Assembly (NCBI GenBank): GCA_018238545.1
Contig: JABCTC010000005.1
Coordinates: 32,001-96,000 of the forward strand
Length of the DNA: 64,000 nt
Source: Candidatus Heimdallarchaeota archaeon
GTDB lineage: Archaea > Asgardarchaeota > Heimdallarchaeia > Heimdallarchaeales > Heimdallarchaeaceae
Reading direction: 5' to 3'
The notes beneath the pieces are model-generated. The model ran no database searches. It saw nothing but the letters and a program-made list of their open reading frames with translations, and was not told the origin of the DNA. Positions 47,696 through 57,886 of the stretch are shown piece after piece (positions within the stretch are counted from its first letter, which is position 1; each line of letters begins with the position of its first letter). Both the position numbers and the translations under genes were made by a program.

Positions 47696-48355
47696 TTATG
47701 CTTTTTTGTATGCTTCTAGTACTTTTTCTACAAAATTGTCTTCGGGATATGCTCCCTCGAATTGAATAGTACCTTCGTCAATTACTGTTTTTGGAACACC
47801 CATTACATAGAACTTCTGAGATAACTCTGGAAATTCAGTTGCTTCAATCATTTCACCAACAATATTTGAATTTGCCATCGCTAGTTTATGAGCCATTCTG
47901 ACCGCTGCGGGGCAGTAGGGGCATGTTGGAGTAACAAATACTTGAATCTTCATTGGTTTATCGATTTTAGCTATCTTATCTATATTTTCTTGTTTAAGGG
48001 AAACTTTACGTGCTGAAATATCCAGAATATCCTCAACAATAGTTCCAAATTCATAACCACTTGGAATTCCGCTAAAAATCACATTATGTTCTATATCACC
48101 ATGAAGAATAATAGTTGGGTATCTTTCAACATTATATTTTTTAGCTTCTGGAGGATCATCTTCTCTATTAAACTCCTCTATAACAATCATATTTTCAGGA
48201 GCTAATTCAGCTAAAAGCTCCAAAAGTTCTTTTGTTTGAGCACATGTCAAACAACGATCTTTATCAACAAATAGCTTTGCTATAACTTTATTTTCCATGT
48301 GTTGGAAAATCTCTTTAACTTGTCTTTTGATATTGTCATCAACTTCTAAGGACAT
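47696..48355 (-). CDS. pdo: Protein disulfide oxidoreductase (PDO, AhpF-N-like, two thioredoxin folds)
   Basis: CLTC and CPYC; GIPSGYEF; VMGVPKTVI. Confidence 0.9.
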   Translation of the reverse strand: MSLEVDDNIKRQVKEIFQHMENKVIAKLFVDKDRCLTCAQTKELLELLAELAPENMIVIEEFNREDDPPEAKKYNVERYPTIILHGDIEHNVIFSGIPSGYEFGTIVEDILDISARKVSLKQENIDKIAKIDKPMKIQVFVTPTCPYCPAAVRMAHKLAMANSNIVGEMIEATEFPELSQKFYVMGVPKTVIDEGTIQFEGAYPEDNFVEKVLEAYKKA

Positions 48356-48463
48356 TGTTTATCACCAGTGTGTGTCATTTATGCACACAGGTAAACAAAT
48401 AGGCTTTTTCTTTTAAAGCTTTTGCTTGAACTAATATAAAAAAAGATGATGAATGATTTTATT

Positions 48464-48736
48464 TTACCCAGTTCTCTTAATTATATGATAGCCGAATTCA
48501 GTTTTTACAACGTCTGATAATTCTCCTTTTGCGAGCGAAAATGCTGCTTTCTCAAATTCTTTAACCATTTTACCACGTGTAAAGAAACCTAAACTTCCGC
48601 CTTTTTTACCAGATGAACAAAGTGAGTGGGTCTTAGCTAATTCTGCAAACTCTGTACCACTTTGGATTTCCTTTAGTAATCTATCTGCCTCAGATCGTTT
48701 CTTAACGAGAATGTGGCTTGCTTTTATTTTTGACAT
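48464..48736 (-). CDS. ppiC: Parvulin-type peptidyl-prolyl isomerase
   Basis: ASHILV, FAELAK.HS.C.SG.KGG.LG.F.RG.MV.EFE, TEFGYHII. Confidence 0.93.
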   Translation of the reverse strand: MSKIKASHILVKKRSEADRLLKEIQSGTEFAELAKTHSLCSSGKKGGSLGFFTRGKMVKEFEKAAFSLAKGELSDVVKTEFGYHIIKRTG

Positions 48737-48804
48737 ATTAACACCAAATTTCCTTTCCGCAAGATATTAAAAAAGTATTTGATTTGTAATAAATCAAGAT
48801 TCTT

Positions 48805-49509
48805 CTATTCTAAAATGATTCTAGCGTCAATTGCTCGTAACCCATTTTCTGTAGCAACAACAGGATTCAAATCCATTTCGAAAATAATTGGATAGTTCTC
48901 AATTAATTTAGATACAATCAAAATCAATGAAATTAATTCTTCTAAATTTGCCTTAGGTAACCCTCTAAAGCCATCAAACATTGCTTTTCCCTTAATTTCA
49001 TTAATCATATCTCGAACATCTTTTGAAGAAACTGGTATTAATCTAAATGAAACATCTTTGTATACTTCTACAAAAATCCCTCCAATTCCTAGTGCAATCA
49101 TTTTTCCAAACTGTGCATCTGTGTTTGTACCTATTAACAATTCCACTCCACTCACCATTTCCTCCACACTTACTCCTTCAATTTTAGCATCAGGATAAAA
49201 AGAAAGAACGCTTTTCATCATTTCTTGATAAGATTTAGATAGTTCGTCATCAGATTTTATTCCTACCTTAACCCCTCCCGAATCAGATTTGTGAACAACA
49301 TCTTCTGAAATAACTTTAAGCACGATAGGATAACCCACTTCGTTTGCTCGTTGGATACTCTCTTCTAAATCTTTTGCAACCTTCATTTTGTTCAAAGGAA
49401 TCCCAGCAAAATCCATCACTTTTCTTGATTCTTCGTAGTTAAGGACAGTTCTTTTCTGATTTCTTACATTTTCAAAAATTGATTCAATTCTATTCATTTG
49501 AGATACCAC
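48805..49509 (-). CDS. acdB: Second ADP-forming acyl-CoA synthetase beta (ATP-grasp) subunit
   Basis: GYPIVLKVISEDVVHKSDSGGV, FG.MIALGIGGIFVE, EMDLNP, IDARI. Confidence 0.88.
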   Translation of the reverse strand: MVSQMNRIESIFENVRNQKRTVLNYEESRKVMDFAGIPLNKMKVAKDLEESIQRANEVGYPIVLKVISEDVVHKSDSGGVKVGIKSDDELSKSYQEMMKSVLSFYPDAKIEGVSVEEMVSGVELLIGTNTDAQFGKMIALGIGGIFVEVYKDVSFRLIPVSSKDVRDMINEIKGKAMFDGFRGLPKANLEELISLILIVSKLIENYPIIFEMDLNPVVATENGLRAIDARIILE

Positions 49510-49603
49510 TTTAGTAGATCAATTAATTTATCAGATGAATTTATCAGTTTTACTTAAATTAAAATCTTCTGAAAGCAAATAGAAAAAGAAAAGGAAGGGG
49601 TAT

Positions 49604-51493
49604 TCAATATAATTCCAATTCTAATTTTTCAAGTGGTTCAAACAGATCTATATTTGTTCTTTTCTTCACAAGTGCAATTATGTGTTGATACAATTTTTTA
49701 TAGTCAAACTCTTTCACACTATTTCTTCCAGGGATTACTAGGTTATGTTTTTCACCAATTTCAATTGCCTTCTCATAACCAGCAGTAGCATGACGTAGAA
49801 TAGCACTCAATGGATCCCAAGTAAGAACTCTAAAAAGTCTCTCTTGTGAAAGTTGAGTTCCATCAGCTAATATAACTTGACCCGAATGAAGAGAATAACC
49901 TACACCAACGCCTCCTCCACCATGGTAAGATACCCATGTCGCACCACTCAAAGCATTTCCTAGGAGATTTATTACAGGATAATCACCAATTGCATCGCTA
50001 CCATCTATCATTCCTTCAGTTTCTCTATTTGGAGATGCAACACTTCCCCCATCTAGATGATCTCGACCAATCACAACTGGGGCCTTCAAAATATCATCTG
50101 CAACAAGTTTGTTCATTAACATTCCAAAAGCTGCTCTACCAATGAATCCTGCCCAGAATACCCTAGCAGGTAAACCTTTCTCAAAAGGTATATATTTATC
50201 TGCTAGTTCAAGCCAAGTTACTAGTTGTGGATCATCATAGAAGAGCTTCTTAGCATATTTGTCTGTTATCCGAATATCTTCAGGGTCATTACTCAAAGCC
50301 ATCCAACGGAATGGTCCTTTTCCTTCACAGAAAAGAGGTCTAACATATTCCAGAACAAATCCACCATAATCAAAAGCATCCTTTACTCCGAGTTCATATG
50401 CTTGTTGACGGATATTATTACCGTAATCAAAGGTTTCTGAACCCCTTTTATGAAGTTCTACCATTAAATTTACATGTTTAACAACTGTTCTTCGTGAGCG
50501 CTCCAAGTATTCCTCTGGGCTTTCAACTCTTAAAATATCAGCTTCATCATATGCGATTCCAGCTGGATAATAGCCATTAAGTAAATCATGAGCAGAGGTT
50601 TGGTCTGTTAGAATTAGAGGTGTAATCTCATTATCAATTAGATATTGTAACAGCTCGGTAGCATTACAGAGAACACCTATTGAAACTATTTCATCTTTTT
50701 CAACAGCTTCTTTCGCAATTGTAATTGCCTCTTCAATTGATTCAGTTTTGTAATCTAAATATGGTGCTCCTTGTTTTCTCCCCGTATTGTAAATTCGTTC
50801 AATAAGATTAGGGTTGACTTCTGCAATGATAGATGTTTTTCCACACATTTTGAAAGAAAGAGGTTGAGCTCCACTCATCAAACCTAATCCAGCACTAACT
50901 GTTAGCTTTTTCTCAAACTCTGAAAGCTGCTGATATCTCGGTTTTTTCTCTGCAGTTTTAATTGCAGCAGCTATTGTTTCATATGTTCCTTGTATAATTC
51001 CTTGTAACCCTATGAAAATAAATGAACCAGCAGTCATCTGTCCATAAACTGTTAACCCCGCACCTACAAATTCCTCAAAATTTGGCGTCCAATGAGGAAC
51101 AATCACACTGTTTGTTATTACACATCTAGGTGCCCAACGAGTAGTTTGCATTTTACCATATGGAGTTCCTGATTGTAAGAACAAAGTTTCATTAGGTTCT
51201 AGGCTTTTCAACAAGTCAATAGTTTCAAAAAAAGATTCCCAATCTTTAGCTACTTTACCTGATCCTCCGTAGATGTATAATGACCCCCAATCTCTTCCAT
51301 TATGGAGATTTGAAATCATTGCACGAATTATTGCTTCAGTCTCCCAACCAGCTTTAGTGCTTGGGGTTAAAGCGTCACTTCCTTTTGGAAGAGGAGGAAT
51401 TTCATCAGGTTTATCTTTCAGTTTTAATCTGTCTTCTTCAGATAATCGGTGTTTTCCAGCCATTATCTCTTCCATTTTATTCCTGAACTTCAT
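49604..51493 (-). CDS. hutU: Urocanate hydratase
   Basis: YGQMTAGS, QGIIQGTYET, TDQTSAHD, FDYGNNIR, GRDHLDGGSVASPNRETE, HGGGGVG. Confidence 0.95.
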   Translation of the reverse strand: MKFRNKMEEIMAGKHRLSEEDRLKLKDKPDEIPPLPKGSDALTPSTKAGWETEAIIRAMISNLHNGRDWGSLYIYGGSGKVAKDWESFFETIDLLKSLEPNETLFLQSGTPYGKMQTTRWAPRCVITNSVIVPHWTPNFEEFVGAGLTVYGQMTAGSFIFIGLQGIIQGTYETIAAAIKTAEKKPRYQQLSEFEKKLTVSAGLGLMSGAQPLSFKMCGKTSIIAEVNPNLIERIYNTGRKQGAPYLDYKTESIEEAITIAKEAVEKDEIVSIGVLCNATELLQYLIDNEITPLILTDQTSAHDLLNGYYPAGIAYDEADILRVESPEEYLERSRRTVVKHVNLMVELHKRGSETFDYGNNIRQQAYELGVKDAFDYGGFVLEYVRPLFCEGKGPFRWMALSNDPEDIRITDKYAKKLFYDDPQLVTWLELADKYIPFEKGLPARVFWAGFIGRAAFGMLMNKLVADDILKAPVVIGRDHLDGGSVASPNRETEGMIDGSDAIGDYPVINLLGNALSGATWVSYHGGGGVGVGYSLHSGQVILADGTQLSQERLFRVLTWDPLSAILRHATAGYEKAIEIGEKHNLVIPGRNSVKEFDYKKLYQHIIALVKKRTNIDLFEPLEKLELELY

Positions 51494-51591
51494 AAAATAA
51501 CCTAGTTATATTACTTATCATGGACAAAAATACCTAAATCAAAAGTTTTACTCTATGACAGATTGAAATAAAAAGAAAAAAGAAGATGAGC

Positions 51592-52980
51592 CTAGTATTT
51601 TTCAATCAAGGCAATCATTTCTTTATTAAAAGCAATTATACTTTCTACTTGTTCATTGATTTCCCAATCAACTACATTTTTTCTCAAAATTCGAACGGTG
51701 TTCTTTGTTACAGGGATGGTCGAGCTGTTAAAGTAAGAATAATCTTCATCTAAGGATAAAAAGACATCAACGGAATAGTGATCAGAGCCAAGGTTTGCAG
51801 AAGGAGTGTCTCCAACAGTAGCATTAATCATCCGATCAGCCCAAAAATCATTAACTAAAATGAAATCTATTCTACCCCAGTATTGTGGTTCCCAATAACC
51901 AAAAGAATGTCCAGGGTCGTCGGGATATAATTCTCTAAAAACATCAGTAAAGTTGTGTACTTTAGGAGAAAGATGACCATAACTTGGATCTTCTGGGCGA
52001 AGCCACATCCTTAATGGTCCATCACCAAGCCAGCCTAGAGGCGCTAAATCGCCAACATCATCAGGAGAGTGAGAGTTAAAATCACCTAAAACCATAACTG
52101 GAACATCGCCTAAATCGTCTACATAGTTAATCATTAGTTCTGCTTCAGTCTCTCTCATCTCTGTAGTATTAGTAGAAGGTGTTGGAGAGCAACATTTTCC
52201 ATGATAACCAATGACATGAGTTACCACACCATTGATATCTATAACAGCGTCAAAGAAATCACGATAAAGTGTTACATTGGGACCAGCATCTGTTCTCCAC
52301 GTATCTATCTGTAAGAAATCTAAGATTGGATACCGACTTATGATTGCTTCACCATTAGTTACAGAATGACTTGTAGGGCCAAGTTGATCTGCTCTGCCTT
52401 CAAAAGGTGCTTGTTTATAGTAGTAACCACCAACTCTGTTACAAATTTGTATTAGTTGACTGTTATTAGCATTATCTAGACCCCCAGTTTCCACTAGAAC
52501 AGCTATATCAGGATTTTCTTCAATAATAACATCCAGATATTCGCTCATTTTACCACTTTCCCAGATATTATAGTTCAAAACCTTGAAAACGTCTGTTGGA
52601 GTAGGATCAATAGTATTATCAACTGTAACAATAATTTCTCTTTCTGCTACATTTCTTTTTTTATCGTAAGCCTTAAAGTTGATTATATGAACTGATCCAT
52701 CTTCATATTGAGTAGTATCCCAATCATAGGTGTTTTCTTTTGAGACGAGAACATCATTAATGTAGATTTTATATGAACCCATACCCGAGGGATTTTCACC
52801 AGTATCTGTTGCTTCAATAGAAATTTCAATTACTCCTGAAACTATTTCATACTGAATGGGTGTTAGATTAGTTATAGTGGGGGGGTCAGTTTCTCCAGTG
52901 AATATGATTACAAGGGGTATAGTGGCTGCTAGAACAATCAAAACAGCTCCACTAATCATAATAATTAATTTCCGATTCAT
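51592..52980 (-). CDS. Membrane-anchored endonuclease/exonuclease/phosphatase (EEP) protein with Ig-like domain
   Basis: N-terminal TM; Ig-like YDWDTT..EDG; YNI, LVE, GDFNS, RIDFI, SDH. Confidence 0.85.
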   Translation of the reverse strand: MNRKLIIMISGAVLIVLAATIPLVIIFTGETDPPTITNLTPIQYEIVSGVIEISIEATDTGENPSGMGSYKIYINDVLVSKENTYDWDTTQYEDGSVHIINFKAYDKKRNVAEREIIVTVDNTIDPTPTDVFKVLNYNIWESGKMSEYLDVIIEENPDIAVLVETGGLDNANNSQLIQICNRVGGYYYKQAPFEGRADQLGPTSHSVTNGEAIISRYPILDFLQIDTWRTDAGPNVTLYRDFFDAVIDINGVVTHVIGYHGKCCSPTPSTNTTEMRETEAELMINYVDDLGDVPVMVLGDFNSHSPDDVGDLAPLGWLGDGPLRMWLRPEDPSYGHLSPKVHNFTDVFRELYPDDPGHSFGYWEPQYWGRIDFILVNDFWADRMINATVGDTPSANLGSDHYSVDVFLSLDEDYSYFNSSTIPVTKNTVRILRKNVVDWEINEQVESIIAFNKEMIALIEKY

Positions 52981-53171
52981 AAAGTATCACTTTTAGGAAT
53001 GAGATTTAGAATTAAGTAGATTATGAGTATTAATTCTAAATGATTCATTTTAACAGTGAGAATAGGAGGTATTTATGAGTTTTGTATAAACGTTATAGAA
53101 CAATGTAGAATAAAATAGAATTTTATCTGGTTTCTAGGAAGATTTTAATTTTAAATGATACTCTGTATTTT

Positions 53172-53882
53172 ATGATAAAAATATTAATAACAGGCGCAAG
53201 CAGAGGGTTGGGGTTAGAGTTTACAAAACAATATTTGGAGAGAGGAGACAATGTTATTGCTACTTGCCGCCAACCAGAGAAAGCAAAAGAATTGGAAGGG
53301 TTACAAAAAGATTTTGGAAAAAGGCTGGAAATTGAACAACTAGACGTAACGAGTGAGAAATCAAAGGATGTACTATATCAAAAATTATTAGATGATTCAA
53401 TTGAAATTAATATCTTAATTAATAATGCAGGGATAATATCAGGAGATGAAAAAGAGGGTCTTTCTTTTGGAAATCTCTATAAAGAAGATTTTAGCAAAGT
53501 ATTTCAGGTAAATACTGTTTCTCCCATACTGATTTCAGAAAAATTCCTACCATTATTGAAAGAAGCAATTGAACCTAAAATCGTTAATATTTCATCCATG
53601 AGTGGAAGTATAAACAACAAAACTAGAAGTGGAGGATATGCGTACAGTTCAAGTAAAGCAGCTTTAAACATGATGACAAAAACTCTATCAAATGAACTGA
53701 AAGAGATGGAAATTACAGTTGTTGCAATTCACCCTGGTTGGATAAAAACAGATATGGGAGGAGAAAATGCACCATTAGAACTAGAAAGTTCTATAACTAG
53801 TATAATCAGTGTAATAGATTCATTGTCAATAAAAGATACTGGAAAATTCTTGGATTGGCAAAGAAATGAGGTTCAATGGTAA
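53172..53882 (+). CDS. Short-chain dehydrogenase/reductase (CsgA/C-factor-like)
   Basis: TGASRGLG, NNAG, YSSSK, HPGWIKTDMGG. Confidence 0.92.
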   Translation: MIKILITGASRGLGLEFTKQYLERGDNVIATCRQPEKAKELEGLQKDFGKRLEIEQLDVTSEKSKDVLYQKLLDDSIEINILINNAGIISGDEKEGLSFGNLYKEDFSKVFQVNTVSPILISEKFLPLLKEAIEPKIVNISSMSGSINNKTRSGGYAYSSSKAALNMMTKTLSNELKEMEITVVAIHPGWIKTDMGGENAPLELESSITSIISVIDSLSIKDTGKFLDWQRNEVQW

Positions 53883-53996
53883 AAGAAGTAACACATTGAT
53901 CTTCGAAAAATAACAAAATATACGCAATGCTAAACATTACTTACAACACATGAAAGAGACAATAACTTTAATAAATTGACATTCTTTTTTTCGCCC

Positions 53997-55376
53997 ATGA
54001 AAGTAATAATCATAGGTCATGGTTCAGGTGGTATGACAGCTTCAGGTACTCTCAGAATTTGGGACAGAACTGCAGAAATCACCAATATAGACACAAAGGA
54101 TTTTGATTTATATCATCCATGTGCAACTCCATACGTAATTGGAGGTAAATTCCAAGAGCTAGGTAATGGGAATGCAATAAAAGAAAATATTCCATACGAA
54201 AAAATGAAAATCAAACATTTACATAGACATCTAGTAGAAAAGATAGACCGCACAGCAAAAAAAGTGCTAGTCAGAAATCTAAATACTGATGAAAGATTTG
54301 AATTAGAATACGATAAGATTATCCTTGCTACAGGTTCATATAATACCAGTCCGCCTATTCCAGGAGTAAAAGAAGGCAAAAATGTCTTTTCACTCAAATG
54401 GTTGGAGGAAGCAGAAGAAATACGTTTAGCTGCTGAGAAAGCAAAGAAAGTTGTGGTCATAGGTGCATCAGCTATTGCTCTCGAGGTTGGATGTGAGCTA
54501 GCTGAAAGAGGACTGGATGTCACAATATTTGTAAGATCCAGAGTCCTAAGACAATCTTTCGATCCAGATTATAGTAAACTCATTGTTGATCTTTTATCTG
54601 CTAAGCTCCCAGAGCATCTAACAATAAAAGTTGGTGAAAATGTTAAAGAGGTTGTTCTAGATGAAAATGGAATGGCATATAAAGTAATCACAACAAATGA
54701 TGAGGAAATGGAAACAGATTTTGTATTTGTTGCAGCTGGAGTAAAAGCAGAAACAACACTAGCTAAAGATGCAGGATTGGAGATTGGTGTAACTGGTGGT
54801 TTGAAAGTTGATAAATATCTACAAACTTCTGATCCAGATATCATAGGTGTAGGAGATTGTACTGAGACAGTTGATCTAGTCAGAGGTGACCCACTTTCAT
54901 CAATGTTGGCTACATGTGCTGTTCATATGGGGAGAATAGCAGCATACACAATAGGAAAACCTGGTGAATTAGAGTTCCCTGGAACATTAAACAATTTCAT
55001 TGTACCTTTCTCCGATTATCATGTGGGTTCGGTTGGATACAATATTGTCACAGCTGAAGAAAAATATGGTGAAGGGAATGTATTAGCGGTTAAAATTAAG
55101 ACAACAGACCTGCCCCATTATATGCCAGAAGCAAGGGAGATTTATTTCAAGGTCTTAGTAGTTAAAGAAACCGGAAAAATAATTGGTGCCCAAGGTATTG
55201 GATACAAACTTGTTACAGATAATTTGAATATAATATCGATAGCTATTCAAGCAGATATGACATATAAACAACTCTTAGAAGCTGATCTTTGTTATGCGCC
55301 AGCTATTAACGAAACAATCTATCCAGTTACACAAGCACTAGAGATGGTCGCAAGAAGATTACTAAGAAAGAGATAA
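53997..55376 (+). CDS. FAD-dependent CoA-disulfide reductase / NADH oxidase family protein
   Basis: YHPCATPY redox Cys, LATGS, TSDPDIIGVGDC, CYAP. Confidence 0.85.
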   Translation: MKVIIIGHGSGGMTASGTLRIWDRTAEITNIDTKDFDLYHPCATPYVIGGKFQELGNGNAIKENIPYEKMKIKHLHRHLVEKIDRTAKKVLVRNLNTDERFELEYDKIILATGSYNTSPPIPGVKEGKNVFSLKWLEEAEEIRLAAEKAKKVVVIGASAIALEVGCELAERGLDVTIFVRSRVLRQSFDPDYSKLIVDLLSAKLPEHLTIKVGENVKEVVLDENGMAYKVITTNDEEMETDFVFVAAGVKAETTLAKDAGLEIGVTGGLKVDKYLQTSDPDIIGVGDCTETVDLVRGDPLSSMLATCAVHMGRIAAYTIGKPGELEFPGTLNNFIVPFSDYHVGSVGYNIVTAEEKYGEGNVLAVKIKTTDLPHYMPEAREIYFKVLVVKETGKIIGAQGIGYKLVTDNLNIISIAIQADMTYKQLLEADLCYAPAINETIYPVTQALEMVARRLLRKR

Positions 55377-55377
55377 A

Positions 55378-55416
55378 ATAAGAGCGAAAGCTCTTATACA
55401 TCATTTTTTTATTTTT
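55378..55416 (+). terminator. Hairpin with GAAA tetraloop followed by T tracts
   Basis: ATAAGAGC-GAAA-GCTCTTAT immediately after the stop codon, then TTTTTTTATTTTTT. Confidence 0.55.
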
Positions 55417-55530
55417 TGAAATTCTAAAATTATTTATTTTACATTCTTATTGATCCTTTTTTCACGCTTTGAGTGCGTAGTATTTCTAATGAATAGTAAT
55501 TGTTTTTAATTCATAGTACATTTTCTCAAT

Positions 55531-56892
55531 ATGCCTAAGAAAATCGTGCTTAAACAAGCCCTTCATTTAATTGATAACTGGCTTGATTATCAAACTTACA
55601 TAAAAGAAATCCCTGGAGTTGCGGTTGGTATTTTTGTTGAAGATGAGATTATTTTCAAAAAAGAATATGGTTATGCAAACCTAAAGGATAAAACAAAATT
55701 AACAGATCAGCATTTATTCAGAATTGCTTCTCATTCTAAACTATTTACAGCAACTGCCATCATGAAACTTTATCATGAAGAAAAATTATCAATCGATGAT
55801 AAGGTTTCAAAACACCTTCCTTGGTTTACCTCTGGAAAGGATAAGAACATGGAACAAGTTCGTATCCGTCATTTGCTTACACACTCGAGCGGAATGTCGC
55901 GAGATGGTAACACAGCACATTGGTATAATCACAAATTCCCAGGAATCGAAGAGATTAAAGAACAAATCAAAGAAGGAATTAGTTTCTTCGAGACAAGTGA
56001 GATTTTGAAATACTCTAACTTTGGTTATACTCTCTTAGGGCAAATAATAGAAACTGTATCAGGATTAAGCTACTCTGAATATATTCAGAAAGAAATTCTT
56101 GATCCCTTAGAAATGAAAAATACTGTTTTAGATGTTAATGAAACAAATCTTGCTAAACACGCGACTGGTCACAAAAGAAGACTCCCAAAAGAAGAGAGGG
56201 AGATTATTGAGCACGTCCCTGCAAAAATAATGCATGCTGCAACAGGATTAAGCAGTACAGTTGAAGACCTTATTAAATTCTATAGAGCTCACATATTAGG
56301 GAATGATATCTTGTTTCCTGATTATATTAAACGAGAAATGCAGAGAATACAATTCAAGGCTAAAACAGCAGATTGGGGTTTAGGATTTAGCATTACTGCT
56401 TTACCAAAAGTAAAGATTGTTGGACATGGTGGAGGTTATCCTGGATTTATAACTAGAACTGGGTTGATTCAAGAGCAAAAAATAATCATAGTTGTACTTA
56501 CAAATGCTATTGATGGTCCAGCGTTAACTTTATTCAACGGAATAAAGAACATTTTAGGTCAACTAGAGAAAAAGAAGAAAGAACTAGAAGCAAAGCCCAA
56601 TGAAGTGGTTCCAGATTTCAAAAACATAATAGGTTTCTTTGCAGGAGAGTGGGGAGTAACACTATTCAGTCAAATTGGGCATAAATTCGTTGCTATAAGC
56701 CCTGCTGCAGATGATCCAGTCGAAATCTTTGAAATATACAAACATGAAGAAGGAAAAAAATTCACACTCTCCAAAGAATATCCATTTGGTTCTCCAGGAC
56801 AGAAAATAGATTTTGTTGATGGACCCGATGGCGAGAAAATATTCATTGACAGCCATGGTGGAAAAAGCAAAAGATTCAATTATAAATACTAA
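55531..56892 (+). CDS. Serine hydrolase, beta-lactamase/AmpC-like (S12) family
   Basis: ASHSK (SxxK), LLTHSSG, YSN, GHGG; no signal peptide. Confidence 0.9.
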   Translation: MPKKIVLKQALHLIDNWLDYQTYIKEIPGVAVGIFVEDEIIFKKEYGYANLKDKTKLTDQHLFRIASHSKLFTATAIMKLYHEEKLSIDDKVSKHLPWFTSGKDKNMEQVRIRHLLTHSSGMSRDGNTAHWYNHKFPGIEEIKEQIKEGISFFETSEILKYSNFGYTLLGQIIETVSGLSYSEYIQKEILDPLEMKNTVLDVNETNLAKHATGHKRRLPKEEREIIEHVPAKIMHAATGLSSTVEDLIKFYRAHILGNDILFPDYIKREMQRIQFKAKTADWGLGFSITALPKVKIVGHGGGYPGFITRTGLIQEQKIIIVVLTNAIDGPALTLFNGIKNILGQLEKKKKELEAKPNEVVPDFKNIIGFFAGEWGVTLFSQIGHKFVAISPAADDPVEIFEIYKHEEGKKFTLSKEYPFGSPGQKIDFVDGPDGEKIFIDSHGGKSKRFNYKY

Positions 56893-56907
56893 TACAGTGA
56901 AATAAGA

Positions 56908-57864
56908 ATGAATAATCATAAACCAACAGATCCAATTAAATCTCCAAGATTCTCAGGAATTAAAACATTCATGCGTTTACCGCACTTAAAAACAACTGAA
57001 GGAGTCGATTTTGTAATTATTGGTGTACCATCAGATGCAGGAGCATCATTTAGAACAGGACAAAGAGAAGGTCCAGCTGCTATAAGAAAAGTATCTGCTC
57101 TATTGAGAGGCCACAATCCTATCTTAAACATAAGTCCATTTGATTATGTTTCAGGTATTGATTACGGGGACTTACCTGTTGTTCCAGGTTACATAGAAGA
57201 CACTTACAAGAGAATAGAGGAAGAGCTTTCATCAATAGTCGAAACTGATGTTATTCCAATTTTACTTGGAGGAGACCATGCAATAACATTACCAGAGCTA
57301 AGAGCAATAAAGAAAAAACATGGCTCCGTGGCATTGGTTCATTTTGATGCACATAGTGACACAATTGACGAATATTTTGGTAAACCATATAATCATGGAA
57401 CGCCATTTAAAAGAGCTGTCGAAGAAAATCTGTTACTTGTTAACAATTCAATACAAGTTGGATTAAGAGGTTCCATCTATTCCGAAGACCATTTAAAAAT
57501 TCCAAAAGATTTAGGCTTTGAAGTAATAACAGCTGACGAAATAAGAAAAATAGGTTTAGTAGAGTTAGTAAAAAGAATAAAAAATAGAGTAGGAGATGCA
57601 AAAGTTTTCTTTACATTTGATATAGATTTTGTTGACCCAGCATATGCACCAGGAACAGGAACTCCAGAAGTAGGAGGATTTACTAGTGGAGAAACATTGA
57701 ATTTAATAAGGGAATTAAAAGACCTAAATTATGTTGGATTTGATGTTGTTGAGGTTTTACCATCCTTTGACCCAGCAGAAATAACTGCCCTTTTGGCATC
57801 AAATATTGTTTATGAGTTTATATCAATAATTGCTCATAAAAAATCAAAAGAGATTAACAAATAA
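56908..57864 (+). CDS. speB: Agmatinase / ureohydrolase
   Basis: GGDHAIT, FDAHSD, HGTPF, FDIDFVDP..APGTGTPEVGG. Confidence 0.88.
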   Translation: MNNHKPTDPIKSPRFSGIKTFMRLPHLKTTEGVDFVIIGVPSDAGASFRTGQREGPAAIRKVSALLRGHNPILNISPFDYVSGIDYGDLPVVPGYIEDTYKRIEEELSSIVETDVIPILLGGDHAITLPELRAIKKKHGSVALVHFDAHSDTIDEYFGKPYNHGTPFKRAVEENLLLVNNSIQVGLRGSIYSEDHLKIPKDLGFEVITADEIRKIGLVELVKRIKNRVGDAKVFFTFDIDFVDPAYAPGTGTPEVGGFTSGETLNLIRELKDLNYVGFDVVEVLPSFDPAEITALLASNIVYEFISIIAHKKSKEINK

Positions 57865-57886
57865 GGAAGTTTGTTTTAATAAAAAA

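Noticed and set aside
48369-48389. Imperfect palindrome TGTGTG...CACACA upstream of the PDO gene
   Set aside because: Short, low-complexity and seen once; cannot be supported as an operator.
55378-55397. GAAA hairpin as a SECIS element
   Set aside because: No in-frame TGA in the adjacent genes; a simple stem plus T tract fits a terminator.
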